Source: Candidatus Onthomonas avicola (GTDB lineage: Bacteria > Bacillota > Clostridia > Oscillospirales > Oscillospiraceae). Taken from it: DNA of 64,000 nt. Below the pieces are notes generated by a model. The model made no database searches, had not been told where the DNA came from, and saw only the letters and a program-made list of their open reading frames with translations. Shown one piece after another: positions 28,091 to 36,398 of the stretch (positions are counted from its first letter, which is position 1; the number at the start of each line of letters is the position of its first letter). The DNA lies in NCBI GenBank assembly GCA_018710845.1, contig DVJB01000065.1, forward strand, positions 7,310 through 71,309, in the 5' to 3' direction. The translations under genes were made by a program, and so were the position numbers.

Positions 28091-29689
28091 TCACAGCCGT
28101 GCCCCGCCAAACTCGGACAGGGCGAGCCCCTTGTTCTTATCGAGCACCCACTGGATGGACCATGGCGCGGAGAAGAGCATCAGCCGCTCCCCACGGTAGT
28201 CCTCCACGACCTTCACGTCCTGCCCGTCGCCAAGGATCAGCTCGTCCATCGGCACGTCGCAGCGGTCGATCCAGCGCACATACTCGTAGGGGAGGTTCTC
28301 CATCACCAGATCCACCTTGTACTCGTTCTTCAGCCGGTACTCGAAGACGTCGAACTGCAGCGTGCCCACCACGCCGACGATGACCTCCTCCATGCCGGTG
28401 TAGGGGATTTTAAAGATCTGGATGGCGCCCTCCTGGGCGATCTGCTCGGTCCCCTTGATGAACTGCTTGCGCTTGAGGGTGTCCTTCGGGCGTACGCGGC
28501 GGAAGTGCTCCGGGGCGAAGGTGGGGATGGGGTCAAAGCAGAACTTCTGTCCCGGGGCGCAGACGGTGTCCCCGATGGAGAAGATGCCGGGGTCGAACAC
28601 GCCGATGATGTCCCCGGCGTAGGCCTCCTCGATGATCTCCCGCTCGGCGGCCATGAGCTGCTGCGGCCGCGACAGGCGCAGCTTGCGCCCGCCCTGGACG
28701 TGATAGACCTCGCGGTCGGCGTCAAACCGGCCGGAGACCACGCGCAGGAAGGCGATCCGGTCGCGGTGGGCCTTGTTCATGTTCGCCTGAATCTTGAAGA
28801 CAAAGGCGGAGAAGGCGTCGTCAAAGGAGTCCACCTTCACGTCCCCCGCCATGCGCGGCAGCGGCGGCGTGGTCATGTGGAGGAACTCCTCCAGGAAGGA
28901 CTCGATGCCGAAGCTGTTGAGGGCCGAGCCGAAGAACACCGGCGAGAGCTTGCCCGCGCGCACCGCCTCCAGGTCGAGCTCCTCGCCCGCCCCGTCGAGC
29001 AGCTCCAGCTCGTCGCGCAGCTGTGCGAGATGCCCCTCGCCGATCACGCCGGGGAGGGCGGGGTCGTCCACGGAAAAGGACTGCGCCACGGCGGCCTTCG
29101 CGCTGCCCTGGGCGATGAAATGGAGCACCTGGCGCCGCTGGCGGTCGTACACGCCCTGGAAGTCCCGGCCGCAGCCGATGGGCCAGTTGACCGGGCAGGT
29201 GTCAATCCCCAGCTCGTGCTCGATCTCCTCGCACAGGTCGAAGGGGTCGCGCGCCTCGCGGTCCATCTTGTTGATGAAGGTAAAGATCGGGATGCCGCGC
29301 ATCGCGCACACCCGGAAGAGCTTGCGCGTCTGCGCCTCGACGCCCTTGGCCGCGTCGATCACCATCACGGCGGAGTCGGCGGCCATCAGGGTGCGGTAGG
29401 TGTCCTCCGAGAAGTCCTGGTGGCCCGGCGTGTCCAGGATATTGATGCAAAAGCCCTGATATTGGAACTGCATCACCGAGCTGGTCACCGAGATGCCGCG
29501 CTGCTTCTCGATCTCCATCCAGTCAGAGGTGGCGGCCCGGGCGTTGCGCTTGCCCTTGACCACGCCCGCCTGGTTGATCGCCCCGCCGTAGAGCAGGAAC
29601 TTCTCCGTCAGCGTGGTCTTGCCGGCGTCGGGGTGCGAGATGATGGCAAAGGTGCGGCGGCGGCTGATTTCGGCCTGATAGTTGGACAT
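28091..29689 (-). CDS. prfC: Peptide chain release factor 3
   Basis: RRRTFAIISHPDAGKTTLTEK, DTPGHQDFSEDT, GVVGTLQFDV. Confidence 0.97.
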   Translation of the reverse strand: MSNYQAEISRRRTFAIISHPDAGKTTLTEKFLLYGGAINQAGVVKGKRNARAATSDWMEIEKQRGISVTSSVMQFQYQGFCINILDTPGHQDFSEDTYRTLMAADSAVMVIDAAKGVEAQTRKLFRVCAMRGIPIFTFINKMDREARDPFDLCEEIEHELGIDTCPVNWPIGCGRDFQGVYDRQRRQVLHFIAQGSAKAAVAQSFSVDDPALPGVIGEGHLAQLRDELELLDGAGEELDLEAVRAGKLSPVFFGSALNSFGIESFLEEFLHMTTPPLPRMAGDVKVDSFDDAFSAFVFKIQANMNKAHRDRIAFLRVVSGRFDADREVYHVQGGRKLRLSRPQQLMAAEREIIEEAYAGDIIGVFDPGIFSIGDTVCAPGQKFCFDPIPTFAPEHFRRVRPKDTLKRKQFIKGTEQIAQEGAIQIFKIPYTGMEEVIVGVVGTLQFDVFEYRLKNEYKVDLVMENLPYEYVRWIDRCDVPMDELILGDGQDVKVVEDYRGERLMLFSAPWSIQWVLDKNKGLALSEFGGARL

Positions 29690-29835
29690 CGCAGATATAC
29701 CTCCCCAAACGGGCCAGACGGCGTCGCGCGCCGCGGCGGTTCAATCATGTCCGGTAAAGTCACAGTTACTCATTATATCGGCCGGAGGGCGAAAAAGCAA
29801 GAGAGACTCCACCCACCGGCGCTGTCCCGGCAAAA

Positions 29836-29857
29836 TTTCGCCTTTCGAAAGGCGAAA
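29836..29857. repeat. Perfect 22-bp palindrome between divergent prfC and lysA
   Basis: TTTCGCCTTTCGAAAGGCGAAA. Confidence 0.85.
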
Positions 29858-29871
29858 AGCGAGAATCACTC

Positions 29872-29900
29872 TTGCATATAAAGTCGAAAAACGCTACTAT
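29872..29900 (+). promoter_or_regulatory. sigma-A promoter of lysA (TTGCAT-N17-TACTAT)
   Basis: Read from sequence. Confidence 0.65.
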
Positions 29901-29984
29901 GTAGAAGAGACAGTTCAAGCATGTTCCCGGCCGCCGTCCCGTGTCGCGGCCTGCCGGGAGAGCGATAGAAGGAGCGAACCACCG

Positions 29985-31244
29985 ATGCAGAAAGTACCGT
30001 TTGTCACCCTGCCCCAGCTCCGGGAGATTCGGGAGAGCTACCCGACACCCTTCCACATCTACGACGAGGCGGGCATCCGCCGCACCGCCCGCGACGTCAA
30101 CCGCGCCTTTGCCTGGAACCCCGGCTTCAAGGAGTATTTCGCCGTCAAGGCGACCCCGACGCCCGGCATCCTGAAGATCCTCCGCGAGGAGGGCTGCGGC
30201 GTGGACTGCTCCAGCCTGACCGAGCTGATGATGAGCGACCGCTGTGGCTTTGCCGGTCGGGAGATCATGTTCTCCTCCAACGAGACGCCGGCGGAGGAAT
30301 ATGTCCTGGCGGCCAAGTTGGGCGCGACCATCAACCTGGACGACATCACCCATGTGGACTTCCTGGAGCGCACCCTGGGCTATATCCCGGAGCGCATCTC
30401 CTGCCGGTATAACCCCGGCGGGGTCTTCCAGCTCGGCGAGAGCAAGGAGGGCTTCCAGGTGATGGACAACCCCGGCGAGGCGAAGTACGGCATGACCCGC
30501 TCCCAGCTCTTTGAGGCCTACCGGATGCTCAAGGCCAAGGGGGCCAAGGAGTTCGGCATTCACGCCTTCCTCGCCTCCAACACCCTCTCCAACGACTACT
30601 ATCCCGCCCTGGCCGGGCAGCTCTTCGAGCTGGCGGTGGACCTGCAGCGGGAGACCGGCTGCCACATCGCCTTTATCAACCTCTCCGGCGGCGTCGGCGT
30701 GGACTACCGCCCGGAGCAGCCGGCCAACGACATCTTTGCCATCGGTGAGGGGGTGCGCCGCGCCTATGAGCGGGTGCTCGTGCCCGCCGGGATGGGAGAC
30801 GTGGCGATCTACACCGAGATGGGCCGCTTTATGCTCGCCCCGCACGGCCACCTGGTCACCACCGTCCTGCACGAGAAGCACACCTACAAGGAGTATATCG
30901 GCGTGGACGCCTGCGCGGCCAACCTGATGCGCCCGGCGATGTACGGGGCCTATCACCATATCACCGTCATGGGCAAGGAGGACCGGCCCTGCGACCACAA
31001 GTATGACGTGGTCGGCTCCCTGTGTGAGAACAATGACAAGTTTGCCGTCGACCGGATGCTCCCGAAGATCGACATCGGGGACATTCTGGTGCTCCACGAT
31101 ACCGGCGCGCACGGCTTCTCCATGGGCTACAACTACAACGGCCGCCTGCGCTCGGCAGAGCTGCTGCTGCGCGAGGACGGCTCGGTGGAGCTGATGCGCC
31201 GCGCGGAGACCCCGGAGGACTACTTCGCCACCCTGGTCTGGTAA
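29985..31244 (+). CDS. lysA: Diaminopimelate decarboxylase
   Basis: YFAVKATP PLP lysine, INLSGGVG, EMGRFM, VVGSLCENND, TGAHGFSMGYNYNGR. Confidence 0.95.
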   Translation: MQKVPFVTLPQLREIRESYPTPFHIYDEAGIRRTARDVNRAFAWNPGFKEYFAVKATPTPGILKILREEGCGVDCSSLTELMMSDRCGFAGREIMFSSNETPAEEYVLAAKLGATINLDDITHVDFLERTLGYIPERISCRYNPGGVFQLGESKEGFQVMDNPGEAKYGMTRSQLFEAYRMLKAKGAKEFGIHAFLASNTLSNDYYPALAGQLFELAVDLQRETGCHIAFINLSGGVGVDYRPEQPANDIFAIGEGVRRAYERVLVPAGMGDVAIYTEMGRFMLAPHGHLVTTVLHEKHTYKEYIGVDACAANLMRPAMYGAYHHITVMGKEDRPCDHKYDVVGSLCENNDKFAVDRMLPKIDIGDILVLHDTGAHGFSMGYNYNGRLRSAELLLREDGSVELMRRAETPEDYFATLVW

Positions 31245-31274
31245 TGCCCACGCGATCAAAGATACGTCGATTTT

Positions 31275-31305
31275 CCCCGGAGACATCCGTCTCCGGGGAT
31301 TTTTT
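31275..31305 (+). terminator. Intrinsic terminator of lysA
   Basis: CCCCGGAGAC-ATCC-GTCTCCGGGG followed by ATTTTTT. Confidence 0.85.
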
Positions 31306-31314
31306 GTCCGGAGA

Positions 31315-31393
31315 TATCAAAAGCGGCGACCGGATGGCCGCCGCCTCTGATATGAAAGGAGGAAAAATGAAAAGAGAGAGTTTGCAATCCCTG
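31315..31393 (-). ncRNA. Candidate anti-SD small RNA 1 (csRNA-like)
   Basis: Predicted from promoter at 31400-31427; CU-rich seed CUCUCUCUUUUCAUUUUUCCUCCUUUC; 17-bp hairpin UAUCAGAGGCGGCGGCC-AUCC-GGUCGCCGCUUUUGAUA; ends approximate. Confidence 0.55.
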
Positions 31394-31399
31394 CTTGCA

Positions 31400-31450
31400 A
31401 GAATAGAATACCAGTCAGTTGTTACAAAAGTTTGTGAGAAAATGTTACCA
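31400..31450 (-). promoter_or_regulatory. Promoter of candidate sRNA1: TTGTAA-N16-TATTCT, plus an upstream box 23 bp away
   Basis: Ungapped 41/56 identity with 31578-31633. Confidence 0.6.
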
Positions 31451-31494
31451 AACTATAACGGCAAAACTTTTTTCTTTCTCCGCGAAAGGCGGGA

Positions 31495-31569
31495 AATGGG
31501 AAAACGGCAGCCGGGGTGGAGCTGCCGTTCCCAACATTGGAGGATAGAATGAAAAGAAGCTGCTGTCTC
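31495..31569 (-). ncRNA. Candidate anti-SD small RNA 2 (csRNA-like)
   Basis: Predicted from promoter at 31576-31603; seed CUUCUUUUCAUUCUAUCCUCC; hairpin AACGGCAGC-UCCACCCCG-GCUGCCGUU followed by UUCCCAUUU; ends approximate. Confidence 0.55.
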
Positions 31570-31575
31570 TTGCTG

Positions 31576-31626
31576 ATGATAGGATAGCAGGGAGATGTTA
31601 CAAAAGTTAGGGTGGAGATATTACAA
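31576..31626 (-). promoter_or_regulatory. Promoter of candidate sRNA2: TTGTAA-N16-TATCAT, plus an upstream TTTTGTAA box 23 bp away
   Basis: Paralogous to 31400-31450; TTGTAA is the -35 at gap and minD, and TATCAT is the -10 at uvrB, in this same window. Confidence 0.6.
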
Positions 31627-31698
31627 AAGTATGAAAGAGCCGCTGATCCAATCGGCACGATCCGCCGCTTGGCGGATGTCGATTCATTCCGCGGTCCC

Positions 31699-32160
31699 TC
31701 AAATTTCCCCCTCCCGGCGCAGCCCGGCAAAAAAGTTCCGCAGCAGCACCCGGCAATCCGCTGCCAGCACTCCGGAGGTGATCTCCGCGCCGGGGGAAAA
31801 GCCCTCCAGCTCCAGGTGCAGGCGCGAGCCGCAGCAGCCGGCCGCCGGGTCGTCCGCCCCGTAGACCACCCGGCCCAGCCGGGCGTTCCAGATGGCCCCG
31901 GCGCACATCGGACAGGGCTCCAGGGTGACGTAAAGCGTGCAGTCATGCAGCCGCCAGCGCCCCAGCGTCCGGCAGGCGTCGCGGATGGCCTCCACCTCCG
32001 CGTGGGCGGTGGCGTCCCGGTCCGCCTCGCGGCGGTTGCGGCCCCGTCCGACCACCACGCCGTCCCGCACGACGACGCAGCCCACCGGCACGTCGCCCGC
32101 CTCCCCCGCCTCGCGCGCGAGGGCGAGGGCGAGGGACATATATCGCTCGTCTGCCGTCAT
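31699..32160 (-). CDS. tadA: tRNA adenosine(34) deaminase
   Basis: DVPVGCVVV, AHAEVEA, YVTLEPCPMCAGA. Confidence 0.95.
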   Translation of the reverse strand: MTADERYMSLALALAREAGEAGDVPVGCVVVRDGVVVGRGRNRREADRDATAHAEVEAIRDACRTLGRWRLHDCTLYVTLEPCPMCAGAIWNARLGRVVYGADDPAAGCCGSRLHLELEGFSPGAEITSGVLAADCRVLLRNFFAGLRREGEI

Positions 32161-32224
32161 AGCGGTTCCTCCTGTCCTACCCGCGCCCCCGGCGGCATAG
32201 GATAGCGCCAAAGGGGGCGGGGAG

Positions 32225-32776
32225 ATGGGTTCTGTATTGCTGCTGGCGCTCAGCCTGGCGGTGGACGCCTTTGCCGCCGCAGTCTGCTGCGGGGTGCGCA
32301 GCAGCGGCCTCGGCCTGCGCGGTGCGGCGCGCATCGGGCTGTGGTTCGGCGGGTTTCAGGCGGGGATGACGCTGCTCGGCGGGCTCTTCGGCGCCCTGCT
32401 CAGCCGGAGCCTCTATCGGGCGGGCGCGGTGCTCTCCTTCGGGCTGCTGGCCTATCTGGGTGTCAAGATGCTGCTCGAGAGCTTCTTTCCCGGCCCGGAG
32501 GGGACGGACGGGGAGGGACCCCTCGTCCTCTCGGCGGCCGCGCTCGCCCCGCTGGCCCTCGCGACCAGTCTGGACGCGCTGGCGGCGGGGGTCTCCCTCG
32601 GCTATCTGGACGGCGGGCTGCTCCGCTCGGCGGCGGTGATCGGCCTGGTCGCCTTTGTCCTCTCCGCCCTCGGCGGCGCGCTCGGGCGGCGGGCAGGGCA
32701 GCGGCTGCACCGGTGGGCGGGCGCTGCCGGCGGCGGTGTGCTGCTCTGGCTGGGGCTGCGCGTGCTGGCGGGGTGA
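32225..32776 (+). CDS. mntP: MntP/YtaF-family membrane protein (putative Mn efflux)
   Basis: ALSLAVDAFA, FGGFQAGM, ATSLDALAAG. Confidence 0.85.
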   Translation: MGSVLLLALSLAVDAFAAAVCCGVRSSGLGLRGAARIGLWFGGFQAGMTLLGGLFGALLSRSLYRAGAVLSFGLLAYLGVKMLLESFFPGPEGTDGEGPLVLSAAALAPLALATSLDALAAGVSLGYLDGGLLRSAAVIGLVAFVLSALGGALGRRAGQRLHRWAGAAGGGVLLWLGLRVLAG

Positions 32777-32792
32777 TTGCCAGGAAATTGAC

Positions 32793-33433
32793 GTAGGGGC
32801 GCACCCTGTGCGCCCGTCCGGAAAAGCGCCCGTTGAGGGTATGGCGGTATTCAAAAGAGGTGCACGGTACGCCCCTCATCCGACGCGGCTGACGCCGCGC
32901 CACCTTCCCCCAGCGGGGGAAGGCTTTTTGTCCAGCGCGGCCCCATGCCTTCCCCCTGGGGGGGAAGGTGCCCCTGCAGGGGGCGGATGAGGGGGCGAAG
33001 GCCGCGCCCGCCTGGGAAACGCGCCTGTCAACGCGGGCGCACGATGTGCGCCCCTACGGGTGTCCATTTCATGGGAGATGCGGCGCAGATATGCCAAAGA
33101 TGGCAATTTTCCATCCAATCGTAGGGGCGCGCCCTGCGCGCCCGTTGAGGGTATGGCGGTGCACGGTACGCCCCTCATCCGACGCGGCTGACGCCGCGCC
33201 ACCTTCCCCCAGAGGGGGAAGGCTTTTTCTCCGGCACGGCCCCATGCCTTCCCCCTGGGGGGAAGGTGCCCCGCAGGGGCGGATGAGGGGCGAAGGCCGC
33301 GCCCGCCTGGAAAATGCATCCATCCCCGCGGGCGCACAAGGTGCGCCCCTACAAGGGCCCCCAAAACCTGCCTTCCCCCTGGGGGGGAAGGTGCCCTCGC
33401 AGGGGGCGGATGAGGGGGCGAAGGCCGCGCCTG
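32793..33433. repeat. Cluster of composite REP elements: two full REP-B-B-REP units (32793-33057, 33121-33352) plus a solo B half (about 33369-33433)
   Basis: GTAG REPs at 32793(+), 33035-33057(-), 33121(+), 33330-33352(-) enclosing inverted CCCCTCATCCG...CTTCCCC/GGGGAAG halves. Confidence 0.9.
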
Positions 33434-33472
33434 CCTAAAGCCGTGCCCACTCCCACAGACGAACAGACAAAT

Positions 33473-34456
33473 TTACCCGAGTTCCCCGGCCATGCCGGCC
33501 AGCAGGCTCACCCAGCCCTCCCGGCGCCGCTCCTCCAAAATGGTCCACCCTGCCGCGCGCAGGGCATCCGCCACGTCGCCAGCGCGGTGCTCGATGATAC
33601 CGGAACAGAGGAAGCGTCCGCCCGGGGCGAGAAACGCGGGCACTACCGGCGCCAGCGGGATGATGACATCCGCGATGATATTGGCCAGCACAATCTCATA
33701 CCGGCCGGCGAGCCGCTCTCGCAGTTCCGCGTCGTTGACAATATCGCCGGTGTAGACGCGAAACTCCTCCCCGATGCCGTTGTAGGCGGCGTTCTCCGCC
33801 GCGACGCGGGCGGCCTTGGGGTCGATGTCGCAGCCCACGGCCGTGGCCGCGCCCAGCCGCAGGGCGGCGATGGAGAGAATGCCGCTCCCGCAGCCGAGGT
33901 CGAGCACGCGGTCGCCCGGTCGGACGCAGGCCTCCAGCCCCTCCAGGCAGAGCTGGGTGGTGCTGTGCGACCCGGTACCGAAGATCAGCCCGGGATTGAG
34001 ATAGAGGGCGGTCCGTCCCTCCGGCACCGGCGCATCCCGCAGCCACTCGGGCACGACATAGAGCCGCTCGCCGACGGGGAAGGGCTGATAGTATTGCTGC
34101 CAGTTGTGCGCCCAGTCCTCCTCCTGGAGGGAGGCGACGTGGACGGCGAGGGTCCCGGCGTCCGCCTCGGTGCGCGCCCGAAAACCCTCCAGCCCGGCGG
34201 TGATCTCCGCCAGGCGCGCGCGGCCGTCCTCGCCGTCCGGGAGGTAGAATTTCACGCGGGAGACCCCGCGCAGGGCGTCGCGCACGCTCTCGTCCACCTC
34301 CGACCAGACGGAGCGGTTCTCGTCCTCAAACTGCGCCAGGTCGTTCTCGTCCTCGAGCACGAGCCCGACAATGCCGCAGGCGGTGAGATAGGCCGCCAGC
34401 GCCTCGAGCGCCGCGGAGCGGGTGTCGATACTCACTTCCAGCCAGATTTGATTCAT
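33473..34456 (-). CDS. prmA: Ribosomal protein L11 methyltransferase
   Basis: EEDWAHNWQQYYQP, LNPGLIFGTGSHSTT, VLDLGCGSGILS, ANIIADVI. Confidence 0.95.
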   Translation of the reverse strand: MNQIWLEVSIDTRSAALEALAAYLTACGIVGLVLEDENDLAQFEDENRSVWSEVDESVRDALRGVSRVKFYLPDGEDGRARLAEITAGLEGFRARTEADAGTLAVHVASLQEEDWAHNWQQYYQPFPVGERLYVVPEWLRDAPVPEGRTALYLNPGLIFGTGSHSTTQLCLEGLEACVRPGDRVLDLGCGSGILSIAALRLGAATAVGCDIDPKAARVAAENAAYNGIGEEFRVYTGDIVNDAELRERLAGRYEIVLANIIADVIIPLAPVVPAFLAPGGRFLCSGIIEHRAGDVADALRAAGWTILEERRREGWVSLLAGMAGELG

Positions 34457-34496
34457 TGGTAAAACCTTCCTTTCTCCCTCCGCCGGCCCGCGGGCG

Positions 34497-34525
34497 GAAT
34501 GATTCGCCCGGCCGGGCGCAAACTA
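34497..34525 (+). promoter_or_regulatory. Possible forespore sigma-G/F-type promoter (GAAT-N18-CAAACTA)
   Basis: Resembles sigma-G consensus; inference only. Confidence 0.35.
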
Positions 34526-34577
34526 ACCGCGGGGCGGTCCGGCGCCGTCCCAATGTGGGGACAGAAGGAGGAACCAT

Positions 34578-35066
34578 ATGGAATTTTCAAACGAATGCGC
34601 CCTCTTGCAGGAGATCTACCAGGGCGCGGCGATGGGCAGCGAGTCCATCCGCCTGCTGCTGCCGAAGGTAAAAAACGCGGGCTTCCGCTCCGATTTGCAG
34701 ACGCAGCACCAGCAGTATCTCGACACCGCCTCCCGCGCGGAGGAGGAGCTCAAGCAGCTCGGCCAGTGCCCGCGCGAGCTCACGCGGGACCGCCAAGCGA
34801 TGCTCTGGCTGGGGGTACAGGGCAAGACGCTGCTCAACCAGGAGACCTCGCACCTGGCGCGGATGATGATCGAGGGGAGCAATATGGGCATCGTCACCCT
34901 CACCGGCGTGCTCAACAGCTACGGCGACAGCCGCGACAACCCCGCCCAGAGTCAGACGGAAGCCCAGCTGGCCGATCAGGCGAAGAATCCCGCCGTCGCC
35001 CTGGCCCGGGAGACCATCCAGACCGAGCGGGACAACATCGACCGGCTGAAGGTCTATCTGCAATAA
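34578..35066 (+). CDS. Hypothetical helical (ferritin-like/spore-associated?) protein
   Basis: 162-aa ORF with AAGGAGG RBS; LQEIYQGAAMG...MMIEGSNMGI pattern. Confidence 0.8.
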   Translation: MEFSNECALLQEIYQGAAMGSESIRLLLPKVKNAGFRSDLQTQHQQYLDTASRAEEELKQLGQCPRELTRDRQAMLWLGVQGKTLLNQETSHLARMMIEGSNMGIVTLTGVLNSYGDSRDNPAQSQTEAQLADQAKNPAVALARETIQTERDNIDRLKVYLQ

Positions 35067-35078
35067 GGGCCGCGCCTC

Positions 35079-36203
35079 TCACACCTTTCCGAACTGGTAG
35101 AGGTCGCACTTGAGCATGCCGTTGTAGAGCTTGCGGCGGCGCCTGGCCTTTTGGCCGAAGGCGTGCTCCAGGTCCTCATAGGAGGAGAGGATGTTCACGC
35201 CCCACCCCTCCGGGAGCAGGCGGGCCGCCGCGCCGAAGTCGTGGTAGAGCCTGCCTGCCTCCTCTGGGGTGAGCAGGCGCTCGCCGTAGGGGGGATTGGT
35301 GACCACCCGTCCGTACGGCTCGTGCGCGTAAAACCGCCGGGCGTCCGCCACCTCAAAGCGGACGGTGTCCTCCACCTCCGCCTTGACGGCGTTCTCCTGG
35401 GCGATGCGCACCGCCCGCGGGTCGATGTCGCCGCCCCAGATGTCGTAGCTGCGATGGTACTCCCCATCGAGCGCCTCCTCCACCGCATCCATCCAGATGG
35501 AGCCGTCCAGTGCGCGCCAGCTCTGGGCGGCAAAGCGGCGGTTGAGGCCGGGCGCACGGTTTTTCGCGATCAGCGCCGCCTCGATGCAGATGGTGCCCGA
35601 GCCGCAGAACGGGTCGCAGAACGGGTCCAGCCCCCGGTAGTGCGCCAGCAGCACCAGCGCGGCGGCCAGCGTCTCGCGCAGGGGGGCCTCCACGCCGACG
35701 GCGCGGTAGCCGCGCTGATAGAGCCCCGCGCCCGAGGTATCCAGGCAGAGGAGCACCTCGTCCTTCATGACGGAGAACTGAATCTGATAGGTCTCGCCCG
35801 TCTCCGGCAGCCACTCCACGCCGTAGGCCTGTCCCAGCCGCTGGGAGACCGCCTTTTTCACAATGGACTGGCAGGCGGGCACCGAGTGCAGCTGGGAGGA
35901 GAGGGAGTAGCCCTTGACGGGGAAGGCCCCGTCGCGCGGGATCATCCCCTCCCAGCGCACCGCCCGCGTGCCCTGAAAGAGCTCCTCAAAGCTCTCGGCG
36001 TGAAACTCCGCCAGCACGAGCAGGACGCGCGCCCCGCAGCGCAGGCCGATGTTCATCCGCGCCAGGTCGCCGAGACTCCCCTGGCAGAAGACGCGCGCGT
36101 TCTCCGCGCGGACCTCTGACAGACCCAGCTTTTTCAGCTCATCGGCCACCAGCCGCTCCAGCCCCATCAGGCAGGGCACCATAAATTTCATCCGGTGCTG
36201 CAT
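35079..36203 (-). CDS. THUMP-domain rRNA methyltransferase (RlmL/YpsC-like)
   Basis: GLERLVADEL, DTSGAGLYQRGYR, APLRETLAA, DPFCGSGT, VTNPPYGER. Confidence 0.92.
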   Translation of the reverse strand: MQHRMKFMVPCLMGLERLVADELKKLGLSEVRAENARVFCQGSLGDLARMNIGLRCGARVLLVLAEFHAESFEELFQGTRAVRWEGMIPRDGAFPVKGYSLSSQLHSVPACQSIVKKAVSQRLGQAYGVEWLPETGETYQIQFSVMKDEVLLCLDTSGAGLYQRGYRAVGVEAPLRETLAAALVLLAHYRGLDPFCDPFCGSGTICIEAALIAKNRAPGLNRRFAAQSWRALDGSIWMDAVEEALDGEYHRSYDIWGGDIDPRAVRIAQENAVKAEVEDTVRFEVADARRFYAHEPYGRVVTNPPYGERLLTPEEAGRLYHDFGAAARLLPEGWGVNILSSYEDLEHAFGQKARRRRKLYNGMLKCDLYQFGKV

Positions 36204-36398
36204 ATGACCTCACATCCTTTGCCCCCAGTATAGCGGAAACGCCCTGAAATGTATAGACCTTGTCTGAAAACAGAAAAGGCGAACCGGGCGGCGGTCAGGT
36301 GGAAAGATTTAATCTTGTGAAATGCTGCCGCTTTCTATTGCCTTTTGCTTTGCGACATGATATGATGAAAACAACCTTCTGAAAGGGGGAATCTGCAC

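Noticed and set aside
29900-29984. Lysine riboswitch upstream of lysA
   Set aside because: The leader is about 80 nt, too short, and has no L-box motifs
31244-31700. SRP RNA (ffs/scr), expected downstream of tadA by Bacillus synteny
   Set aside because: The conserved domain IV motif (CAGG...GGAA...AGCAG in an SRP hairpin) is not found on either strand
32793-33433. CRISPR array
   Set aside because: The repeats are inverted hairpin pairs with homologous rather than unique spacers; no cas genes
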